From NCBI GenBank assembly GCA_964016885.1, contig OZ024742.1:165540001-165604000 (forward strand): a stretch of 64,000 bases of DNA. Direction: 5' to 3'. Below the pieces are notes generated by a model. That model was not told where the DNA came from. It did not search any database and was given only the letters and a program-made list of their open reading frames with translations. Positions 1-9,019 of this stretch are shown here, piece by piece (the first letter of the stretch is position 1; every line of letters begins with the position of its first letter). The translations under genes and the position numbers were made by a program. The stretch is from Eledone cirrhosa. Lineage: Eukaryota.

Positions 1-503
1 TGGACAGCTGGAAATTATCTGCCCTTGATTTTGTTTTTACAAATTATCTCCCCCTGATTTTTTTTACAAATTATCTCCACCTGATTTTTTAAAAAATTAT
101 CTCCCCTTGGACGGCTGGAAATTATCTCCCCTTGATTTTTTTACAAATTATCTCCCCCTGATTTTTTTTACAAATTATCTCCCCCTGATTTTATGTTACA
201 AATTATCTCCCCCTGATTTTTTTACAAATTATCTCCCCCTGATTTTTTTTACAAATTATCTCCGCCTGATTTTTTTAAATATTATCTTCCCTTGGCTGGC
301 GGGAAATTATCTCCCCTTGGACGGCTGGAAATTATCTCCCCTTGATTTTTTTTACAAATTATCTCCCCCTGATTTTTTTTTACAAATTATCTCCCCCTGA
401 TTTTTTTTTACAAATTATCTCCCCCTGATTTTTTTTTACAAATTATCTCCCCCTGATTTTTTTTTACAAATCTCCCCCTGATTTTTTTATAAATTATCTC
501 CCC

Positions 504-727
504 TTGGCTGGCTGGAAATTATCTCCCCTTGGAGGCTGGAATTTATCTCCCCTTGGACGGCTAGAAATTACCTCTCCTTGGATGGCTGGAAAATATGTCT
601 CCTTGGACGGCTGGATATTATCTACCCTTGGACGGCTGGAAATTATCTCCCCTTGGACGGCTGGAAATTATCTCCCCTTGGACGGCTAGATATTACCTCC
701 CATTGGACGGCTGGAAATTATCTCCCC
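504..727 (+). repeat. Example of A-block module M1 (9 monomers, 224 bp), recurring dozens of times
   Basis: Fixed variant order GCTGGCTGG / GAGGCTGGAATTT (24 bp) / CTAGAAATTACC / AAAATATGTCTCC / (GATATTATCTACC) / consensus x2 / CTAGATATTACC / consensus. Also seen at 2715, 10942, 12222, 16786, 18970, 20222, 34702, 39658, 45002, 57308 and 62706. Confidence 0.92.
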
Positions 728-837
728 TTGATTTTTTTTACAAATTATCTCCCCCTGATTTTTTTTTACGAATTATCTCCCCCTGATTTTTTTTTACAAA
801 TTATCTCCGCCTGATTTTTTTTTTAAAATTATCTCCC

Positions 838-963
838 CTTGAACGGCTGGAAATTATCTCCCCTTGGACGGCTGGAAATTATCTCCCCTTGGACGGCTAG
901 AAATTACCTCTCCTTGGACGGCTGAAAATTATCTCCCCTTGGACGGCTGCAAATTATCTCCCC
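838..963 (+). repeat. Example of A-block module M3 (5 monomers, 125 bp)
   Basis: Order GAACGG / consensus / CTAGAAATTACCTCTCC / CTGAAAA / CTGCAAA, followed by a B monomer ending TTAAC. Recurs near 1902, 4455, 7831, 10129, 16080, 19333, 40021 and 57670. Confidence 0.92.
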
Positions 964-1127
964 TTGATTTTTTTAACAAATTATCTCCCCCTGATTTTTT
1001 TTTACAAATTATCTCCCCCTGATTTTTTTTACAAATTATCTACGCCTAATTTTTTTTACAAATTATCTCCCCCTGATTTTTTTTTACAAATTATCTCCCC
1101 CTGATTTTTTTTACAAATTATCTCCCC

Positions 1128-1376
1128 TTGGCTGGCTGGAAATTATCTCCCCTTGGAGGCTGGAATTTATCTCCCCTTGGACGGTTAGAAATTACCTCTC
1201 CTTGGACTGCTGGAAAATATGTCTCCTTGGACGGCTGGAAATTATCTCCCCTTGGACGGCTGGAAATTATCTCCCCTTGGACGGCTGGAAATTATCTCTC
1301 CTCGGACGACTAGAAATTACCTCTCCTTGGACAGCTGAAAATTATCTCCCCTTGGACGGCTGGAAATTATCTCCCC
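1128..1376 (+). repeat. Example of A-block module M2 (10 monomers, 249 bp)
   Basis: Starts like M1 but carries GGTTAGA, CTCGG/ATCGG and ACAGCTGAAAA variants. Recurs at 3678, 7058, 11809, 20846, 23326, 39245, 44590, 48687, 55769 and 63330. Confidence 0.92.
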
Positions 1377-2293
1377 TTGATTTTTTTTACAAATTATCTC
1401 CCCCTGATTTATTTTACAAATTATCTCCCCCTGATTTTTTTTTACAAATTATCTCCCCCTGTTTTTTTTTACAAATTATCTCCCCCTGATATTTTTTACA
1501 AATTATCTCCCCCTGATTTTTTTACAAATTATCTCCCCTTGGCTGGCTGGAAATTATCTACCCTTGGAGGCTGGAATTTATCTCCCCTTGGACGGCTAGA
1601 AATTACCTCGCCTTGGACGGCTGGAAAATATGTCTCCTTGGACGGCTGGAAATTATCTCCCCTTGGACGGCTGGAAATTATCTCCCCTTGGACGGCTGGA
1701 AATTATCTCCCCTTGGACGGCTAGATATTACCTCCCCTTGGACGGCTGGAAATTATCTCCCCTTGATTTTTTTTACAAATTATCTCCCCCTGATTTTTTT
1801 TTACAAATTATCTCCCCCTGATTTTTTTTTACGAAGTATCTCCCCCTGATTTTTTTTTACAAATTATCTCCGCCTGATTTTTTTTTAAAAATTATCTCCC
1901 CTTGAACGGCTGGAAATTATCTCCCCTTGGACGGCTGGAAATTATCTCCCCTTGGACGGCTAGAAATTACCTCTCCTTGGACGGCTGAAAATTATCTCCC
2001 ATTGGACGGCTGCAAATTATCTCCCCTTGATTTTTTAACAAATTATCTCCCCCTGATTTTTTTTTACAAATTATCTCCCCCTGATTTTTTTTTACAAATT
2101 ATCTACGCCTAATTTTTTTTACAAATTATCTCCCCCTGATTTTTTTTACAAATTATCTCCCCCTGATTTTTTTTACAAATTATCTCCCCCTGATTTTTTT
2201 TTACAAATTATTTCCCCCTGATTTTTTTACAAATTATCTCCCCCCTGATTTTTTTTACAATCTCCGCCTGATTTTTTTAAAAATTATCTTCCC

Positions 2294-2445
2294 TTGGCTG
2301 GCGGGAAATTATCTCCCCTTGGACGGCTGGAAATTATATCCCCTTGGAAGGATGGAAATTATCTCCCCTTGGACGGCTGGAAATTATCTCCCCTTGGACG
2401 GCTGGAAATTATCTCCCCTTGGACAGCTGGAAATTATCTGTCCTT
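2294..2445 (+). repeat. Example of A-block module M4 (6 monomers, 150 bp)
   Basis: Order GCTGGCGGG / ATTATATCC / GAAGGATGG / consensus x2 / ACAGCTGG..CTG(T/C)CC, then a B monomer with TTTTGTTTTT. Recurs at 10521, 14016, 17514, 17982, 22012, 36075, 40303, 49096 and 59259. Confidence 0.9.
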
Positions 2446-4829
2446 GATTTTGTTTTTACAAATTATCTCCCCCTGATTTTTTTTACAAATTATCTCCACC
2501 TGATTTTTTAAAAAATTATCTCCCCTTGGACGGCTGGAAATTATCTCCCCTTGATTTTTTTTACAAATTATCTCCCCCTGATTTTTTTTTACAAATTATC
2601 TCCCCCTGATTTTTTTTTACAAATTATCTCCCCCTGATTTTTTTTTACAAATTATCTCACCCTGATTTTTTTTACAAATTATCTCTCCCTGATTTTTTTA
2701 CAAATTATCTCCCCTTGGCTGGCTGGAAATTATCTCCCCTTGGAGGCTGGAATTTATCTCCCCTTGGACGGCTAGAAATTACCTCTCCTTGGACGGCTGG
2801 AAAATATGTCTCCTTGGACGGCTGGATATTATCTACCCGTGGACGGCTGGAAATTATCTCCCCTTGGACGGCTGGAAATTATCTCCTCTTGGACGGCTAG
2901 ATATTACCTCCCCTTGGACGGCTGGAAATTATCTCCCCTTGATTTTTTTACAAATTATCTCCCCCTGATTTTTTTACAAATTATCTCCCCCTGATTTTTT
3001 TTACAAATTATCTCCGCCTAATTTTTTTAAATATTATCTTCCCTTGGCTGGCGGGAAATTATCTCCCCTTGGAGGCTGGAATTTATCTCCCCTTGGACGG
3101 CTAGAAATTACCTCTCCTTGGAAGGCTGGAAAATATGTCCTTGGACGGCTGGAAATTATCTCCCCTTGGACGGCTGAAAATTATCTCCCCTTGGACGGCT
3201 GGAAATTATCTCCCCCTGATTTTTTTTTACAAATTATCTCCCCCTGATTTTTTTTACAAATTATCTCCCCCTGATTTTTTTACAAATTATCTCCCCTTGG
3301 CTGGCTGGAAATTATCTCCCCTTGGAGGCTGGAATTTATCTCCCCTTGGACGGCTAGAAATTACCTCTCCTTGGAAGGCTGGAAAATATGTCCTTGGACG
3401 GCTGGATATTATCTACCCTTGGACGGCTGGAAATTATCTCCCCTTGGACGGCTGGAAATTATCTCCCCTTGGACGGCTAGATATTACCTCCCCTTGGACG
3501 GCTGAAAATTATCTCCCCTTGGACGGCTGGAAATTATCTCCCCTTGATTTTTTTTACAAATTATCTCCCCCTGATTATTTTTTACAAATTATCCCCTGAT
3601 TTTTTTTTTACAAATTATCTCCCCCTGATTTTTTTTACAAATTATCTCCCCCTGATTTTTTTACAAATTATCTCCCCTTGGCTGGCTGGAAATTATCTCC
3701 CATTGGAGGCTGGAATTTATCTCCCCTTGGACGGTTAGAAATTACCTCCCCTTGGACGGCTGGAAAATATGTCTCCTTGGACGGCTGGAAATTATCGCCC
3801 CTTGGATGGCTGGAAATTATCTCCCCTTGGACGGCTGGAAATTATCTCTCATCGGACGGCTAGAAATTACCTCTCCTTGGACAGCTGAAAATTATCTCCC
3901 CTTGGACGGCTGGAAATTATCTCCCCTTGATTTTTTTTACAAATTATCTCCCCCTGATTTTTTTTTACAAATTATCTCCCCCTGATTTTTTTTTTACAAA
4001 TTATCTCCCCCTGATTTTTTTTTACAAATTATCTCCCCCTGATATTTTTTACAAATTATCTCCCCCTGATTTTTTTACAAATTATCTCCCCTTGGCTGGC
4101 TGGAAATTATCTCCCCTTGGAGGCTTGAATTTATCTCCCCTTGGACGGCTAGAAATTACCTCGCCTTGGACGGCTGGAAAATATGTCTCCTTGGACGGCT
4201 GGAAATTATCTCCCCTTGGACGGCTGGAAATTATCTCCCCTTGGACAGCTGGAAATTATCTCCCCTTGGACGGCTAGATATTACCTCCCCTTGGACGGCT
4301 GGAAATTATCTCCCCTTGATTTTTTTTACAAATTATCTCCCCCTGATTTTTTTTTACAAATTATCTCCCCCTGATTTTTTTTTACGAATTATCTCCCCCC
4401 GATTTTTTTTTACAAATTATCTCCGCCTGATTTTTTTTTAAAAATTATCTCCCCTTGAACGGCTGGAAATTATCTCCCCTTGGACGGCTGGAAATTATCT
4501 CCCCTTGGACGGCTAGAAATTACCTCTCCTTGGACGGCTGAAAATTATCTCCCCTTGGACGGCTGCAAATTATCTCCCCTTGATTTTTTAACAAATTATC
4601 TCCCCCTGATTTTTTTTTACAAATTATCTCCCCCTGATTTTTTTTTACAAATTATCTCCCCCTGATTTTTTTTTACAAATTATCTCCCCCTGATTTTTTT
4701 TACAAATTATCTCCCCCTGATTTTTTTTACAATCTCCGCCTGATTTTTTAAAAAATTATCTTCCCTTGGCTGGCGGGAAATTATCTCCCCTTGGACGGCT
4801 GGAAATTATCTCCCCTTGGACGGCTGGAA

Positions 4830-7800
4830 ATTATCTCCCCTTGGACGGCTAGAAATTACCTCTCCTTGGACGGCTGGAAAATATGTCCTTGGACGGCTGG
4901 ATATTATCTACCCTTGGACGGCTGGAAATTATCTCCCCTTGGACGGCTGGAAATTATCTCCCCTTGGAGGCTGGAATTTATCTCCCCTTGGACGGCTAGA
5001 AATTACCTCTCCTTGGACGGCTGGAAAATATGTCCTTGGACGGCTGGATATTACCTCCCCTTGGACGGCTGGAAATTATCTCCCCTTGATTTTTTTTACA
5101 AATTATCTCCCCCTGATTTTTTTTACAAATCTAATGATTTTTTAAAAAAAATTATCTCCCCTTCGCTGGCTGGAAATTATCTCCCCTTCGCTGGCTGGAA
5201 ATTATCTCCCCTTGGACGCTGGAAATTATAGCCCCTTGGAGGGCTGGAAATTATCTTCCCTTGGACGGCTGGAAATTATCTCCCCTTGGCTCGAAATTAT
5301 CTCCCCTTGGACGGCTAGAAATTATCTCTCTTTGGACGGCTGGAAATTATCTCCCTTTGATTTTTTTTACAAATTATCTCCCCCTGATTTTTTTTACAAA
5401 TCTCCCCCTGATTTTTTAAAAAAATTATCTCCCCTTCGCTGGCTGGAAATTATCTCCCCTTGGACACTGGAAATTATAGCCCCTTGGAGGGCTGGAAATT
5501 ATCTTCCCTTGGACGGCTGGAAATTATCTCTGCTTGATTTTTTTTACAAATTATCTCCCCCTGATTTTTTTTTACAAATTATCCCCCCCGATTTTTTTTA
5601 CAAATTATCTCCCCCTGATTTTTTTTACAAATTATCTCCCCTTGGACGGCTGGAAATTATCTCCCCTTGGACGGCTGGAAATTATCTCCCCTTGGACGGC
5701 TAGAAATTACCTCTCCTTGGACGACTGAAAATTATCTCCCCTTGGACGGCTGCAAATTATCTCCCCTTGATTTTTTTTACAAATTATCTCCGCCTGATTT
5801 TTTTTTAAAAATTATCTCCCCTTGGACGGCTGGAAATTACCTCCCCTTGGACGGCTGGAAATTATCTCCCCTTGGACTGCTAGAAATTACCTCTCATTGG
5901 ACGGCTGAAAATTATCTCCCCTTGGACGGCTGGAAATTATCTCCCCTTGATTTTTTTTTACAAATTATCTCCCCCTGATTTTTTTTTACAAATTAACTCC
6001 CCCTGATTTTTTTTTTACAAATTATCTCCGCCTGATTTTTTTTTTAAATTATCTCTCCTTGGACGGCTGGATATTATCTCCCCTTTCATTTTTTTTACAA
6101 ATTATCTCCCCCTGATTTTTTTTTACAAATTATCTCCCCCTGATTTTTTTTTACAAATTATCTACCCCTAATTTTTTTTTACAAATTATCTCCCCCTGAT
6201 TTTTTTACAAATTATCTCCCCCTGATTTTTTTTACAAATTATCTCCGCCTGATTTTTTTAAATATTATCTTCTCTTGGCTGGCGGGAAATTATCTCCCCT
6301 TGGACGGCTGAAAATTATCTCCCCTTGGACGGCTGGAAATTATCTCCCCTTGGAGGCTGGAATTTATCTCCCCTTGGACGGCTAGAAATTACCTCTCCTT
6401 GGACGGCTGGAAAATATGTCCTTGGACGGCTGGATATTATCTACCCTTGGACGGCTGGAAATTATCTCCCCTTGGACGGCTGGAAATTATCTCCCCTTGG
6501 ACGGCTAGATATTACCTCCCCTTGGACGGCTGGAAATTATCTCCCCTTGATTTTTTTTACAAATTATCCCCCCCTGATTTTTTTTTACAAATTATCTCCC
6601 CCTGATTTTTTTTTACAAATTATCTACCCCTGATTTTTTTTTACAAATTATCTCCCCCTGATTTTTTTTACAAATTATCTCTCCCTGATTTTTTTTTACA
6701 AATTATCTCCCCCTGATTTTTTTTTACAAATTATCTACCCCTGATTTTTTTTTACAAATTATCTCCCCCTGATTTTTTTTACAAATTATCTCCCCCTGAT
6801 TTTTTTTACAAATTATCTCCCCCTGATTTTTTTACAAATTATCTCCCCCCGATTTTTTTTACAAATTATCTCCGCCTAATTTTTTTAAATATTATCTTCC
6901 CTTGGCTGGCGGGAAATTATCTCCCCTTGGACGGCTGAAAATTATCTCCCCTTGGACGGCTGGAAATTATCTCCCCTTGATTTTTTTACAAATTATCTCC
7001 CCCTGATTTTTTTTTACAAATTATCTCCCTCTGATTTTTTTTACAAATTATCTCCCCTTGGCTGGCTGGAAATTATCTCCCCTTGGAGGCTGGAATTTAT
7101 CTCCACTTGGACGGTTAGAAATTACCTCTCCTTGGACTGCTGGAAAATATGTCTCCTTGGACGGCTGGAAATTATCTCCCCTTGGACGGCTGGAAATTAT
7201 CTCCCCTTGGACGGCTGGAAATTATCTCTCCTCGGACGACTAGAAATTACCTCTCCTTGGACAGCTGAAAATTATCTCCCCTTGGACGGCTGGAAATTAT
7301 CTCCCCTTGATTTTTTTTACAAATTATCTCCCCGATTTTTTTTTACAAATTATCTCCCCCTGATTTTTTTTTACAAATTATCTCCCCCTGATTTTTTTTA
7401 CAAATTATCTCCCCCTGATATTTTTTACAAATTATCTCCCCCTGATTTTTTAACAAATTATCTCCCCTTGGCTGGCTGGAAATTATCTCCCCTTGGAGGC
7501 TGGAATTTATCTCCCCTTGGACGGCTAGAAATTACCTCGCCTTGGACGGCTGGAAAATATGTCTCCTTGGACGGCTGGAAATTATCTCCCCTTGGACGGC
7601 TGGAAATTATCTCCCCTTGGACGGCTGGAAATTATCTCCCTTTGGACGGCTAGATATTACCTCCCCTTGGACGGCTGGAAATTATCTCCCCTTGATTTTT
7701 TTTACAAATTATCTCCCCCTGATTTTTTTTTACAAATTATCTCCCCCTGATTTTTTTTTACGAATTATCTCCCCCTGATTTTTTTTTACAAATTATCTCC

Positions 7801-8450
7801 GCCTGATTTTTTTTTTAAAATTATCTCCCCTTGAACGGCTGGAAATTATCTCCCCTTGGACGGCTGGAAATTATCTCCCCTTGGACGGCTAGAAATTACC
7901 TCTCCTTGGACGGCTGAAAATTATCTCCCCTTGGACGGCTGCAAATTATCTCCCCTTGATTTTTTAACAAATTATCTCCCCCTGATTTTTTTTTACAAAT
8001 TATCTCCCCCTGATTTTTTTTTACAAATTATCTACGCCTAATTTTTTTTACAAATTATCTCCCCCTGATTTTTTTTTACAAATTATCTCCCCCTGATTTT
8101 TTTTACAAATTATCTCCCCCTGATTTTTTTTTACAAATTATTTCCCCCTGATTTTTTTACAAATTATCTCCCCCCTGATTTTTTTTACAATCTCCGCCTG
8201 ATTTTTTTTAAAATTATCTTGCCTTGGCTGGCGGGAAATTATCTCCCCTTGGACGGCTGGAAATTATATCCCCTTGGACGGCTGGAAATTACCTCCCCTT
8301 GGACAGCTGGAAATTATCTGCCCTTGATTTTGTTTTTACAAATTATCTCCCCCTGATTTTTTTTACAAATTATCTCCACCTGATTTTTTAAAAAATTATC
8401 TCCCCTTGGACGGCTGGAAATTATCTCCCCTTGATTTTTTTTACAAATTA
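4830..8450 (+). repeat. Dispersed copy of segment ~42090-45880 (second sub-lineage of the array)
   Basis: Landmarks 5534/42795 and 5667/42928 (offset 37,261), 7058/44590 and 7856/45305. Shared rare variants CTTCGCTGG, ATTATAGCCCC, CCTTTCATTT, CTCCACTTGG and CTTGCCTTGG. Confidence 0.88.
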
Positions 8451-9019
8451 TCTCCCCCTGATTTTTTTTTACAAATTATCTCCCCCTGATTTTTTTTTAC
8501 AAATTATCTCCCACTGATTTTTTTTTACAAATTATCTGCCCCTGATTTTTTTTACAAATTATCTCCCCCTGATTTTTTTACAAATTATCTCCCCTTGGCT
8601 GGCTGGAAATTATCTCCCCTTGGAGGCTGGAATTTATCTCCCCTTGGACGGCTAGAAATTACCTCTCCTTGGACGGCTGGAAAATATTTCTCCTTGGACG
8701 GCTGGAAATTATCTCCCCTTGGACGGCTAGATATTACCTCCCCTTGGACGACTGGAAATTATCTCCCCTTGATTTTTTTTACAAATTATCTCCCCCTGAT
8801 TTTTTTTTTACAAATTATCTCCCCCTGATTTTTTTTACAAATTATCTCCGCCTGATTTTTTTAAATATTATCTTCTCTTGGCTGGCGGGAAATTATCTCC
8901 CCTTGGACGGCTGAAAATTATCTCCCCTTGGACGGCTGGAAATTATCTCCCCTTGATTTTTTTTACAAATTATCTCCCCCTAATTTTTTTTTACAAATTA
9001 TCTCCCCCTGATTTTTTTT

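Larger units (their letters stand above)
1..4830 (+). repeat. Dispersed copy of the segment at ~19719-24450 (and ~27090-31820)
   Basis: Constant offset of 19,718 for ORF-track landmarks 107/19825 through 2715/22433. Shared private variants CTACCCGTGG (2833, 22551, 29922) and GGCTTGAATTT (~4123, 23771, 31141). The offset then shifts to 19,648 and 19,623 through monomer-sized indels. Confidence 0.88.

Noticed and set aside
84-98. T6-A6 palindromes and TTTT/AA LINE-endonuclease-like targets at junctions
   Set aside because: These are short AT-only palindromes created by a C-to-A change in the TTAC tail. No insertion or target-site duplication is seen at any of them.
40-110. Intrinsic terminators or -1 frameshift slippery sites (TTTTTTA) in B monomers
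   Set aside because: No GC stem-loop precedes the T tracts and there is no real ORF context. The motifs are by-products of the homopolymer.
296-320. NF-kB/NFAT-like motifs (GGGAAATT, TGGAAA) in A monomers
   Set aside because: The matches are short or partial and expected by chance. The full GGGRNNYYCC consensus is not met.
504-745. Pol III/SINE-like unit (TGGCTGGCTGG as A-box, T-run as terminator)
   Set aside because: The A-box match is poor, there is no GTTCRA B-box at a suitable distance, and there is no tRNA-like fold or target-site duplication.
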